This document shows positions 22,377 to 35,676 of a DNA stretch of 64,000 nt, in pieces. Each line of letters starts with the position of its first letter. The stretch's first letter is position 1. The translations under genes were made by a program, and so were the position numbers. Source of the DNA: Lobosporangium transversale (lineage: Eukaryota); the NCBI RefSeq assembly GCF_002105155.1, contig NW_019028989.1, forward strand, positions 124,001 through 188,000, read 5' to 3'. Under the pieces are notes generated by a model that ran no database searches, was not told the DNA's origin, and was given only the letters and a program-made list of their open reading frames with translations.

Positions 22377-25373
22377 TTCTCACTCAGTGAAAAATATTTA
22401 GACAGTAGTTATCAGAAGCTAAGATAAGTGAGAATAAGATGTGGGTCCACACACCACATCCATGGGGTATTTATTCATTTTCTGGTAGAGAGACTCGTAC
22501 CAAGTAACTACATATCTATCTAGAAGCGACATGGGATCATTCAGGAACCATGTCGGTGTTTTGTCGCGTCTCTAGTGACGCGTTATTATTATATACTTTT
22601 CTTAGCGTATTAATTTTAGGAATTCCCCTAGTGTGTTCCTAGTGCGTTTTTAGTATTTTTCTTAATCTTCTAGCTGGGCCGTTATTATCTTGTATATTGA
22701 AATATACAACACTCAGCATAAAGGGTTTGCATCGATCAGTCCCTGTTGCATTTGTGCACAAAAGGATTGAAATCCTGGTACTCCGTCCTTTGGTACCAGA
22801 GACTTTGCTATAGTCCAGTGTCCAGTTGGACGTGGACTGAAGAAATAACCCAGTCTCATCGCAGTTGTAGACGTCGTCGAGGCTATATCGACTGAGGGTG
22901 CTTTGAATCATTTCTAGTTGCGGACGGAGCTCCTCCATGTTGACTGAAGCAGCTTCTCCTTTAAGATTATATCTGCGGAGGTTATAACGCTGCTTGAAAC
23001 CTTTTAACCAACCGTTCGAGAATTTAGGTTCTTAAAGGTAAGATTGCCCACACGAGCTTCGAGGAGCGCATATATTGCGCCTCCCAACAGCCGAACACCC
23101 AGGTTGTCGATGGGTAGAAGAAGGTCACGTCTGATATGCTCAATGGTATGAGAAAGAGCATCTTCAACAGGATAAAATGACCTGGTGTTGCTTTGAAGGC
23201 GATATCGCGCGGAAGATTGACCAGCAGGGACATTCAGGAGCTCTTCTCTTTTGGCCAAGATGTGGTTGAGGATTGTCGGCGTGATGTTGTGACAGTCACA
23301 GAACACACTCTTTGGAGGCTCAAACATCGATCCTCCTTTAAGTCCAATGTTGTAGTTAATGACATGTCTATCCCAATTTTTTAAAATATCCACTCTTTGT
23401 CCGATGGTTAAGCTTCTGTCGTTGCCGAGGGATGGTGAAGGCTGAATCGATCGATATTTATGAGGACCCACGGACATGATGCTGAAATTATGAATTATGT
23501 GAAAGGAAAGAGGGCTAGGCAGGTGAAAAGGAAATATGACAACGAACAGGGTTCGTATTGCATATTGCTATATATTTATATCTTTCATGAGCAAATGCAT
23601 GAATTACCACGAAAGACCACGCCTCTAGGCCCATGGAACCTGATGTAACTGCATGTACTATGAGAGGCCTTCGTTGCGTTGTTACAATGGATTGGCTTTG
23701 GGTAACAATTTCACTCCTCCATCGCTCTCACGGCGCCCTATAGCTCTCACAGCGCCATGATTCCCACAGCAACCTATTGCTCTCACGGTGTCTTCACACA
23801 ATTCGCATAAAAGGCCCTCATTATCGTATTATTGTATAACACTAGAGCGGGCAGAGATCAATAAAAATTTACGGCCTCAATAAAAGAATCCTACATTTTG
23901 GTTGCTGAGCTCCTTAGTTCACCGAATAATGGCAAGGGAGGCACCTGGTTCCACCTTAAATCAAGGTTTCTGTGCATTGCTCACGAAGGAATTGGCCCAG
24001 ATCATTATGGAGTTCAAAGTATATACATACCATTATCACAGTTGGAAAAAAGTAACCGGTTTCTTGTGTGGCATACCATCGGGTACAAGGAAAAGAAAAT
24101 TAAGGCATGGTTCCGTCTTAGAGTCGTTCAGCCATAAGTCAACGGATGGCTTCGGGCAATGACCTGATTAGGCAGGCCCAAATTTTAATTCGGATAATTT
24201 CGCGATAGTCAAAGCCAGCTTTCCTCCCCAACCACGGATGAGCAGCCTAATCCTTACTGAATTCAGCTTTTGTAGGAAGACCTTACATCAAAGGATCAAA
24301 AAGCAAGGTCTTTTCTACTTTTTTTTGTTTTTTTTTAAAAAAAAATAAAACAAAAAAAAAGTTTTCCCCACCTCTGGGGTGGATACTGGGTGAGCTCTCC
24401 TTTCGAAGTACAGGAAGATTGAAGTGGTCAGTAAGACATCACTTCCACGGCCTAGTGCGTTGCCACTATGACAATATTTTGGCACCATTGCAAAGGCGCC
24501 TGAAAAAGTCCACTATGTTTGTCGGTTTAATGATTTTCACCTGTGAATTCTGTGCCACTATCGTATGTTAGTATATATTATTAGCTTAGTAGCATGATGG
24601 AGGATATCTCACCTACATTTAAAGACAGAATGAGGTGACCATTCGTTTTGTTTGATTGCATAGCTGGTCTTCCATGGTGTAGTTGATTGTGGGTCAAATG
24701 AGGTGGCTAGAATTTCCTTTTTAGACAAATGTGTCAATTGAGAATGTCAAGAGATTCTTCACGTACGTATGTCGATGATGGTGAAAGATAATAGGAAAGT
24801 ATAAAAATTTTCAATTGAAATGTGCTCTTAGCCAATCATAGTTTTAGATTTATAGAAAAACTTGCCAAATAACCTTTCCCACTTCGATGAAAGGACATGG
24901 AAGAGGGGAAATATAAAAAATGCAAGTCATGTCAACCTGGAAGATGAATGAGGAAGTCAAAAAAAAAAAGTGAAGACAGACATGTGCAAGAACTGCACAA
25001 ATTTTCCCTCTAAGGCCTTTGGGCACATGAGGCTGCCTTGAGCTCGTTTAAAATCAGTGGAAGAGCAAAAGGATTAAGTCTTACACGCTCTGCAGCCATC
25101 CGCTTACTGACGCGTAACTATAGTCACGATCGCACTGCTCACCACTGAAAAGGATTCCTGGTGTATTCATGGACTGTGAAGTTTAGAAGGAACAGGAGAA
25201 GGTATCACTAGAGGCTGATGTACCTTGTTGTTGTGCCACTCTTCTGAGTGCCTTGCAAGTATGTGTTACCCTTGCCGGTCAAGCGGTTGAACAGAGTTTG
25301 TCACATCCCAAACTTGTTGACCGTTGGCGGGCAAATGCATTCTCGTTTATCTGTACAATTTAGTCTACATAAA

Positions 25374-26754
25374 TTAGTCTACATTGTCTGTTCTAGCTCC
25401 ACTACCATAAACTGATTGTCTGTCAGCCTGTAGGGAATCAGAAGTTCCTGTCCTCTGAGCGTTTGCGGCTAAATCCCGAACCACCTCCAAAAAATCATCC
25501 ACAGCCTGCTTAGATATTTGCCAATGCAACACCAGTCGAACTTGTGTTTGGGTCTCAGGAGCATCTTTGTTGCCAATGTTGATCCCCTTTCTTGATTCTA
25601 ATTGCCTACTCAACTCACTCAACCGGATGCCTGATCCAGCAAGGTCTAAGAAAACCATGTTGGTCTCTACAGGGATGAACACTTTAGCACCGCGGCCTTC
25701 TCGCTCTAAACCTATTGCTAACTGCTTTGCCAGCGTGTGAGTCTCCTTCATGGTAGGCCACACGTGATCGACACACCAATGAGCCACAGCCGCAAGACCA
25801 CCGGCCTGCCTCCAACCTCCACCAAGCATCTTTCGGAAGTGGCGTGCCTTATTGATTAGAGCCTGATTACCAACCAATATGCTACCAATGGGTGCACCAA
25901 GACCCTTAGAAAAACACAGAGAGACACTGTCAAATTGCATAGTAAGGTCCTTGAGATTACACCCCAATGCTACTGCTGCATTCCATATTCTAGCTCCATC
26001 CAGGTGTAAACGGACATTATTTTCTGTTGCGAACTGACGGATGGCCTGGATTTCTTGTAATGGCATGATGGTCCCATCCAATGTGTTTTCTAAAGAGATA
26101 AGGCGTGTAGGAGCCATGTGTATGTCTCCGTCATCCTGAATGAATTCACGTTGTAGATCATGGACTGTCAAGTGATGACCGTTGTTGGATAATGCTTGTG
26201 CAGGATAAACTGTCAGGTTTGAGAGGGATGCGAGGCCTCCTACTTCATATCGGTAGACGTGTGATCGAGTGTCGCAAAGAATGGATGCAGGGGGCATGAG
26301 GAGTGAAGAACGGAATGCCAGTTGGTTGGTCATTGTTCCAGAGACGCAAAAGAGACCCGCTTCATGTCCTGTCAGTTTGGCAACGTATTCTTCCAGAGAT
26401 CGAATCGAACTATCCACCTCATACACGTCGTCACTACGTGAGGCCTTCTTCATAATCTCAAACATTTCATCTGTTGGCTGGGTTACTTTATTTGAGAAGA
26501 GGAAAGATCTTTTGTTAATAGAAGGGAATACTGAGAAAGAAATAAGTTTATTATTGATGATGTTTCCTTTACTTACAAGTATCGCTGCGGAAATCGGCGA
26601 TGAGCTTCATTCTTGAAGGAGCATGGGTGGAGAAGGCAAGGACTGGAGATACATTTGAAAATACGATAGGTCTAAGACTGGCAATGGTAGATATGGCAGT
26701 AGGGGTTCGCCTGCTGACAGCAGTAGCAGCAGTAATGAAGTGAGAAGCGAACAT
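25374..26754 (-). CDS. GLY1: Low-specificity L-threonine aldolase (PLP-dependent) with probable mitochondrial presequence, 2 exons
   Basis: DFRSDT|VTQPT, SGTMTNQLA, LISLENT, LHLDGARIWNA, SVSLCFSKGLGAPIGS and KMLGGGWRQAG. Confidence 0.95.
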
Positions 26755-27514
26755 GCGGAATGAGAATTGACATTAAAGAAACAAAAAGTCCAGGCAGAAT
26801 GAAACAAAAAGAAGACTCTGATGGATCACATGGCCAATATCAAGAAGTTGTTGGTCCAGTGTGTGGTCCTAGTGTCCAACCCCGATTTTCCAGGGTTATA
26901 TTATATTAATGTATTTTTACCTTGTAGGATATTTCTGTTAATGGTAAAATGCCATGCGACAGGATCGTTTCAAGGACACGTTTTTTAAAATAATCTTTGC
27001 ACCTTGGAAACTGTAATACCTCCGTACATTTGTGTAAAAAGAAAAGAATTCAGCCTACAAAAGGAATTGCATGTAATCAATCGAGCACCGCCTTTCCTTC
27101 TTCACCTTTTTCTTTTTCTTTTTCTTATTCTCTTTCTCTTTCTCTTCCTCTTTGCTCTTTTATTATTATTATTTTTTTTTTTGACCTTTTGTCTTTTCTT
27201 CCGACTTTCCTTTGTACCCCTCTTTTCTTGCCTGCTGACCTACACAGACAACACACACACCAATACAACACACTCTCCCTTCTTTCACTCCCTTCCCTTT
27301 TTACTTTTTACTTTCCTTATTTTACGCCTTATCTCATCATTACTCATTATCACTCTTTCTCCTTTCTCTCTCTTTGTTTTGTTTTTTTTTTCTTTTATTA
27401 CAATCAATCCATCTCCCTTTCATTTCTTTGTTCTCTTTCTCTCCTTCCCTTTCTCTCCCCCTCTCTCTCTCTCCTCCTCTTTTTCTCTCTTTTGGACGTG
27501 GGATTGTGCGCAGC

Positions 27515-29962
27515 ATGGGAAACAGTAGCACAAAGGAAAAAGTAGACCATATTGACGGAGGTGCATTGATTCCTCACGGTGTCTACTCTGGTCCTCAGGA
27601 TTATGACTTCCGGATTGTACAACGGCTCATACAACAACGCAAACTCGCACCTTTTTATAAAGGCTTAGAGGACTGGGATGATAGTGAGGATGCCCAAGAG
27701 GAAAAGGTGAAAAAGGCCACAATGGGACAACCCTCTCAGAACAACCACAACACCAACACCCATAACAATAACAACAGCAATCATAACAGCTTTGCAACAC
27801 GAGGTTCTCATGGTTACATGACAGAATCTGAAAGGGACATGAGACGACTATACCAGGGTGCAATCGAATGTCCCATCTGTTTCTTGGTAAGAATACATTG
27901 ACCCATTGGTCATTGCATTTGTTGTTTCTGAACTTAGTGCATTGTGCATCCTTGTTCTCCTTCTTTCTGGAGAGATCGCGCATTGAGATTGAGAGCACAG
28001 TGACCTCAGCATACACATACAAAAAAGAGAGCAATGACACAATAGACGCAAAGACGCAGAAGCATTGTCCCTTGTCCTGTCAGCCATTTTCTCACTCTCC
28101 TCCGGGCGTGCTGAGCTTGTTTGCTCTTGTGAGTTGAAACTCCTTGATCAAATATAGAAAAAAAAAGTTAGTCAGGCAGGAAGCCCATGGTCGTGGTGTG
28201 TTCACACAACTGACCACACACTCACAGTCTGCCACAATCCACGGACCGTGAGTCTTTGACTATTGACCACAGACTATAGAGCCCCAAACTTGACCGCTGA
28301 CTATCCACGACTGACCTCCTTTTGCTTTTTTTTTCTTTTTTTTTTTTTTTTTCTTATGATATTAATTGCTTCTCCTTTTCTTAAATATAATAGTATTATC
28401 CTCGAAATATCAACCGCACGCGATGTTGCGACAAACCAATGTGCACTGAATGTTTTGTACAACTCAAGCGCCTGGAGAGCGCACCGACTGAATCACCCGC
28501 TTGTCCATATTGTGTTGAACCTCATTTTGGCGTCATTTATTCCTCATCCCTCCTTCCTAGTGGCTTCCAATCCTTACCTGCATCCTCGGCTGGAACGACG
28601 GTAAATGAGCTTCTTTATTTATCCTATTATATTATATTATACTTTAATTTTTGCGATGTTGCACTTTTTAAAGACCTCTAATGATTGAGTCATTTGATTC
28701 TTACCACAACGTCTTTATAATAATTTAATTGGAATAAGTGGTGAGGATCATTTCATTCAATGTCCTTTTACAATGATCAGCCCCGTTTTACTGTAACAGT
28801 ATCCTTCCCCTGATTTTCCATCCGTGTATTACTATATATGTATTTTTTTTTCTTTTTTTTCTTTTTTTTTTTTTTTACAGCTACGGCTAATATATATTTT
28901 TTTTATCTTAAGATGATTCAACATGTCGTTATGTGTATGTTATGTCATTCTTAATTTTTTTTTTTTTTTTTTTTTGTTTTTTTCTAGACTGTTGGCGGTA
29001 CATCCATGTCAGTTTCTTTGTCTAACAATTCCGTTGAACGAACCGAGTCCCAAAACCCATCCTCACTCCCTGCTCGCCGCCGAAGCACTAGCCATAAGAG
29101 TCCAGAGGTCGTGACTGCAGGTAACTTTTTTTTTAAAAAAAAATTTTCATGAACTTTTAGCTTTCATACCATGTCCGGCTAATATGATGTGATCTTTTTT
29201 AAAATTGCACTATAAAACTGCTTGGTAGATGAGATTCGTCCCGACTGGAATCGCAGGATATTAGTGGCATCACAACGTCAGCCAGGATCCAGAAGAGCAT
29301 CAACATCATCCTCGGTCTCCAATGCAACATTTGCATTGGGCCGTCGATTGGCTGGACAAAGAAATGGATCCAACTCGAGGCGATCCAACTCCTCGGCTGC
29401 GGCAGCTGATTACAGCGGATATTTGACTGCGATGCGAAATATGGGCGCGGACCTTGAGGAGTTGATGATCATGGAGGCTATGCGACAAAGTTTACAGGAT
29501 GAGCATGATCGGCAGGCCAGAGAAGCTGCTGCCGCTAGTTCCAGTAATGGATCCACACCTTCGAGCTCACCAAATGGTTCGAACACTACAGATCCTTCCA
29601 GGCGGCCACAGGGGCGAGATACTTTGAGATCAGGTTCAAGTCGAAGATCGCAATCAGGAGCTGTTATGACATCCTCTCCATTATCATCACCACCAGCCCC
29701 ACCTTCAACAATTTCATCATCATCAACAGTAGCCCGTCCGCGGGCATCCAGCTTGACGAGTGGTCCAAGCGACGAGGACCAAGATGCAGAGAGCGAGACA
29801 GATAGCGATCAGGATACACCTGGACTACTGCATAACCGTGCGATCCGATTTGCGACAGTGACGCCTATACCAGCCTCGTCTCTGGAAACAGGCGGTGGCA
29901 TGCCAAAGCACCGTCCGCAAGAAGAATCTGCAACCGCCACCAGTTCTGCTGGGGCTGTTTAG
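27515..29962 (+). CDS. Sip5-like RING-type protein (SNF1-interacting family), multi-exon
   Basis: MGNSSTKE (N-myristoylation-type start), [69 protein letters not shown] and [15 protein letters not shown]. Confidence 0.88.
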
Positions 29963-30619
29963 GAATGACATAATGGACGCCTCTGGATGACGTTCTTTTC
30001 TTGCTCCCTCCCCTCCTTCCCCTCCTTTCCCTTTTCCCTCTCCTTTTCTCCCTCTCTCTCTTTCCTTTTTTTGTAAGAAAGCATCCTTCATAAAAAAAAA
30101 GTGACATGGAGACGGAGTCTTGGAGTTTTTGAATTAAGCTGGGGATAGCAGAGATGGCGTATGTATATACTTTGACTCCATTTTAGAAAATAATAAAAAA
30201 AAAAAAAAAAAAAAAAAAAGATAAGCGGATGAACTACAGTCGTAGCACTTGGTATTATTGGAAGAGACTAATAGGGATATCATTGGAAGATGTTTCTGGT
30301 GGTGATGTGCCTCATCACTTCAATAGCTCAATCGATTCATGCTGGTTTTTTTTTTTGACACGTTAGATCATTGCTGTCTCCAGCTTCAAACAAAAAAAAA
30401 CTGTTGCAGTTCGCTAGATTTCTCACGCCTTCCCAAGGCGCTTTAGCAGACATAAAAACGGATGGCGCAATAGACTAATGTATGTAGTATAGACTCTCTA
30501 ATGAGTATTTAAATGTATTATTATCTATTTATTAATATGATGACGAAGAGTTTTCTGTATATATAGAAATATATAATATATATGAATGTAAATACAAAGG
30601 GAGTTTTTTTTACCCTTTC

Positions 30620-31588
30620 TTACGCTTGAGCATCAGGTGTATTAGGCTTTGGAGAAGCCCTAGCTTGATTAAGCTGCTCTGTAATCTGAGAAAGAGAAGT
30701 TTTGGGAGCAATGAACAACGCTGTAGCATCTGTCAACACCGTGCCATCGAGGGTTTTGAGTGAGGCCTTTACAAAAGCTTTGCGACCCTCAAGCGAGGAT
30801 AATTCTGAATGGGCAATAATAAATTGATCTGCAATACAAGGATGACGGTAATTGATATTCAAATTGGCTGTAACGCCAGTCTTTCCAGGAAGATTAGGGA
30901 TAGCCTATCAATAACAATTAAAATTTGTTAGACTAGATCTGGTTTTTTTCCTTTTTTTTTTTTTGACAAATCGTACGAGATCGTTGTTTCTTACGTTCAT
31001 GGCAGTGATTTCACTGTCAAACCCAATAGGAAGGAAGAAAAAAAAAAAAAAAAAAAAGAAAAAAAGAAACGTTTGATGATTGAGTATTTTTTTTTAATGT
31101 GATCCAATGCCAATTCAAACTCATATAAATTAATAAAAAGACACTTACTCAAGGATGGTTGCCAAAAGACCACCGTGTGTGATACTGGGGTGTCCGCAAA
31201 GATCCCTGCCGACATGGAGAATCGAGATGACCTGTTTCTGATCTAGGGTCCGGAACATGGCGGGGGAGACGCCCAACTTGTTTGCTCCACGAAGAGTGCC
31301 TGCAATGAGATGATGCGAACGATATTCGTCTGACACATTCGAATAAGCTGTAATACGCCTCCAGTTCTCTGAATCAATAACATGAGCTCGGACAATTTCA
31401 AGCTCTTCAAGTTCCTTTTGGAGTGGATTTTCTTCCTGTGATTCTGTTCCTGATGCAAATCCCGTAGTAGAGGCAGTAGCAGCAGTAGTAGCCTCATGCG
31501 CCTTAACAGGAGTATGGTCATAAGCAGAGTCAGGGGCATACGTTGTAGGCATAGCGACGCTTTCTGTGGTAATTGATGAGATTGGCAT
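30620..31588 (-). CDS. HotDog-fold thioesterase (PaaI/THEM4-like), multi-exon
   Basis: HVGRDLCGHPSITHGGLLATI, TANLNINYRHPC and EGRKAFV...DATALFI. Confidence 0.85.
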
Positions 31589-32619
31589 GGTGCTTTGAAT
31601 TTAAATGAATGAATGAACTGGGTGAGATGGAGTGGTTGTTGTTTTATGAGCTATAGGGAGAATAGGAGAAAGAAGAAAAAAAATGAAGAGAGGCCTTTTT
31701 TTATTTCTTTATATATATAAATATATCATTATGAATGGTGGTTTCTGTCCCAATGATCAATGGCAATGGTGTCTGACCTAATTCTGGCCATTTTTTTTTC
31801 TTTTCTTGGGGGAGCAATGTTTTTTGCCCATTTGTCAAAGTTGGCGCGGAGAGGCAAAATAATTTTCCATTCCTTTTCATTAAGTCTTTACTCTCCAACA
31901 GCCAAACATATTTCCGTCCGTCCTCCGATCACTCCTCCGTTCAGACCATGTCACCTTCGTAACTCATCCAGCGATCGACTCTTATATTTTCAGGGACAAT
32001 TACACTTTTTTTTTTTTTTTTTTTTTTTTTTTTGGACAATTGGGCAATTAGGATGACTCCATGTGCCAAAGATTCTTTATCTATCATAAAGACAAACACT
32101 TCCCCAACATTCTTCTTCATATAGGCACCGTAAATCTCGGTAAATGGTCTTCTTTTTATAACTTTAACTCTCCAGCCTTTGAGTCGCATACGTACGTATA
32201 ATTCGTACATTTATCCTCTCTTCACCATGCATAACACATGCAGGTGAGATAATGGGGAAAAAAATGCACTCTGACTTCAAAGTCACTGTTTGTCATTGTT
32301 TGTCATACCATGCCCTGCACAGCATTCAGTTATTCGGGCTCTCTCATTCTTCACAATGTCAATTGGTTTGAGCAAGCAAAAGTAGTTATATTTACAACAA
32401 GCAATTAACGGTCATGGCTTTATTAAAGTGATACAACCATCATAAACATGCACAAGAACAAGAGGGGTTGACAAAACAAAAAGAGAAAAGGGTGAGTGAG
32501 AGAAATAATAATAATAAAAGACAGCAATAGAAATAGAAAAGCCAGTGTATGTACGCATGTATGTATAAATGAACACATGTAACCAAATGAGCCATTATGA
32601 GAGATTTTTAATAAAGCAC

Positions 32620-33620
32620 TTAAACATTTAACCTGATCACCATCACACTGATGTTGTCTGTACTGAACTTTTGGAGAGCATGATCCAGCAGTACCCGACT
32701 AGCTTTTGTTGGACAAACTACGTCCTTGATCAGTTCAACCGCCTCTTGATCGGTACAGACATCCCAAAGCTAGTATGGTAAATGATGGACTATCAGCTTA
32801 TTGCAAAGATTTTTTTTAAAAAAAAAAAAAAAGTTTAAAAAATAACATAATATGATCTTTTATAGGCTTACTCCATCGCATGCAAGAATGAGGTATGGGT
32901 TATTAGCTCCAATCTCTGTCCTCGTTGTGTAGGGTGCTCCAATAATAAACTCCTTCATCGAGCTGTCGCCCAATGCACGTGTGACAGCCAGCACTCCTAT
33001 TAAAAATCAATAGTCGCAAGCTTAATTAATCACCAATTGGAAACATCAGAGTAAGATAGTAAGATGCAGTCATAAACCCCAGCAACAAACTTTTTTTTTT
33101 TTATTATTTTTTATTTTTATTTTTTTTTCCTTTTGACATACCATTAACACGGTTGTTCATGACAAATCCGCCTACGTCTAAAATCCTCTGCGCCTCTGTA
33201 TGATCACTACCTTTGTGGTCGTATGAAAGTCGCACTGCTTTATCTTTATGGCACAATACAGCCCTAGCATCACCGACATTTCCTGTGTAAAGCACACGCT
33301 AATAAAGCAATGGATTGAGTAGGAATATAGATCTCTGTGAATTTCAAGTACAGAATTGTATTGTAAGCACTATAAAAGTAATTGATTTTTGTTTTGTATA
33401 AAATAAAAATAGAGCTTTGATCGATTACCTTATCGCCTTCTTTCCTGATATACGCCATAATGGCGGTGCATCCACTGGAACGTCCTTGCTGAAGAGCTTC
33501 TGCGAGCTGTTGATCCACTGTTAAAAACGTCTCGTTGACTAATTCCTGGAAATCAACATCAGGTTGATCTGCCTTTTCTTCTAAAATACGACCAAAGACC
33601 TATGTTGTAATTCATTTATT

Positions 33621-33653
<33 letters not shown>

Positions 33654-34801
33654 ACGAGCAAAATTTTTGTTTAATGCAACATTCCTATTGGTAGTCAATA
33701 AAACCTGCACAAGTCGGAATAATCAATAGACCAAATTCCAAGGCGATTCAGTTAAACTTCCCCGGGCCATTGAGCAATCCCTAATCTGATCATGTAAGCA
33801 GTCCATTCCAAACTGTCTGCTTTTGGCAATATAAAAATCTCCTTGATCAGATCCAAGGACCATTTCCCATCAAAAACACTACTCCAACGCCCGCTCGGTG
33901 TTTGTGAAAATCAGGATGAACAAGCGCGTATTTGTTCGCGTACTTTTTTTTTTTTTTTTTTTTTTTTTGGGTTTGTGTATATTTTGCGTATATATTTTTT
34001 TCCAAGTACAGAGCTTCTTTTGTGGTGCGTTGGTCATATGGTATTGTGGAAAGTGATTTTGGATTATTACCTCATGGAAGTGCTGGCCACACCAGTCCGC
34101 TGCTGCTTTTCCTGCATGTCCATCAAAGATGGCAAAGAAGCCATGTCCGGTTATACCCTCATAGTTGTAAATAAAAGCATGGGTGTCCTAAGTGTGCGGT
34201 CGTTTGATATTTGAAAAAATAGATTAATCAACAGTTGCTCTCCAGAGCGTTTGTGTCCAAGACGCTTTTGCCAAAATAAAAAAAATTGACATAGAATGTG
34301 CGCAGACATGTGTACCTCCATTGTTCGTCTGCATCGTCTGTTCCTGTCTTCCGCCACACCAACGACAAATTCATACTCTTCTAGGTCTTTGAGCACACAT
34401 TGCAGGTCAGAAGCATTGTTGCTTGTAGGGGGAGTCTCTGAATCAGCCAAACCCATGGTGGACCCTTCAATGGAGCTTGTATCGTCTGGACTATCACAGT
34501 TTTCAATAACAGTACTGGAGATAGCAGTGGCCAACATGGGGTCATGCTTCTCTGAGGTAGAACCCGGTCGCTGTCGAGTGTTTGCTGGCGAGTTTGATGA
34601 ACCCTGTTGTTGTTGGCTATGATGGTGATGGTGATGGTGATGGTGATTGTGGTTATGGTTGTGGTGATTATGATTATGATGATTGTGAGGTTGCTGGTTT
34701 TGACTTGGACCCTGGTCCTGTAGGTCATGTTGGTTTGAACGCGCGTCTGCTCCTACAAGAGCAGCCGTGGTTCTGTCAATTTCATGGCTACGGCGGGTCA
34801 T
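32620..34801 (-). CDS. PTC1: Protein phosphatase 2C (Ptc1-like), multi-exon, His/Asn-rich N-terminus
   Basis: [65 protein letters not shown] and [10 protein letters not shown]. Confidence 0.92.
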
Positions 34802-35272
34802 GTCAATTTCTTTTATGGATCAATAAAAAAATGAATTATAGACAGTTTTCGTCAAGGTATGGAAGTTAAAAGTGGAATTAAAGAGAGAAAAAAAATAAGT
34901 TGTGATGAATGCGTTAAAAATAGTTGTCTAGGGGCCCAGTTCATTCAATGACACGCGCCCACGACCGCCAGAAGCTTTACAAACGCCGTAGAAAGCTATC
35001 CTGCCCTCGTAATACGTAATAAATGTCCATTGCTCACCAATCTTTTACTTATGCACTGACACTTAACATCAAACCGATGTTACGATTGTATCGCATCTGC
35101 ATGACATGCAAGCTTTGTTGCGCATGTGGCATGTGTGGACAGAGACATGCCAATAATGGACTGTGCTGTACGTGTAAACTGTACGTGTATTTCCAAAAAT
35201 GGCACTTTCAAAACGCCAGTCACCCTGTACCCTGTTTACAGTGGCTTTGCATAGCGTCGAGTCTTGTTAGAC

Positions 35273-35308
<36 letters not shown>

Positions 35309-35676
35309 GTTCCTCACTATTTTCTCCTTGTTCTTCCTTCGCAGCAATCCCTCTCTTACTTTGCTCTGTCGTCCGGCGCTATTTCCTCTCCTCCTCTTTA
35401 TTCCTGAATTGACAGTCTTGTGCTGGCACTGACTTTACTTTGCCCATTTCACTCATCTCTTCACAGTGTGAGTGTATACCAGGAGGTAAGACTCTTTATG
35501 TGTCACTCCTCTATGCCTTTTTTTTTTATCATTGCTATCCTCTCGCATTGGCTACAGAATAGTGCTGACATGACTGCGGTATTCCTTTGAACATCATGCT
35601 TCAGTAGGTCCTCTCTTCTCTTCCTAAACGTATATTTATAAGACATAGGAAGTGTACTTGACAGAAGCTGGCAATA

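Larger units (their letters stand above)
20275..23477 (-). pseudogene. Second CENP-B/DDE_1 (pogo-like, DD34D) transposase with one frameshift and a long acidic/Ser-Pro tail
   Basis: HTH part (FYPVEDAL...) shifts frame near 23030 into KFSNGWLKGFKQRYNL...YNCDETGLF. After a ~480-bp interruption (~22712-22233) it continues LLLDHAPSH...QPLDAGIIAVFKRNYK. No TIRs found. Confidence 0.8.

Noticed and set aside
22233..22383. Poly-Tyr N-terminus of the 702-aa ORF
   Set aside because: It is the translation of a (TAA)n microsatellite within the probable intron or insertion.
22564..22650. Helitron 3' end (cgcgtc-tctagt-gacgcg hairpin and nearby CTAG)
   Set aside because: The stem is only 6 bp, its spacing to CTAG does not fit, and no 5' TC end or Rep/Hel ORF was found.
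23723..23795. CRISPR-like array
   Set aside because: The units are degenerate and nearly contiguous with no spacers; the context is eukaryotic and has no cas genes.
23898..24162. Short ORFs at the right edge of the island
   Set aside because: No recognisable motif or convincing exon structure.
24668..24740. tRNA-like 5' end (ttccatggtgtagttg)
   Set aside because: No anticodon arm, T-arm or closing stem.
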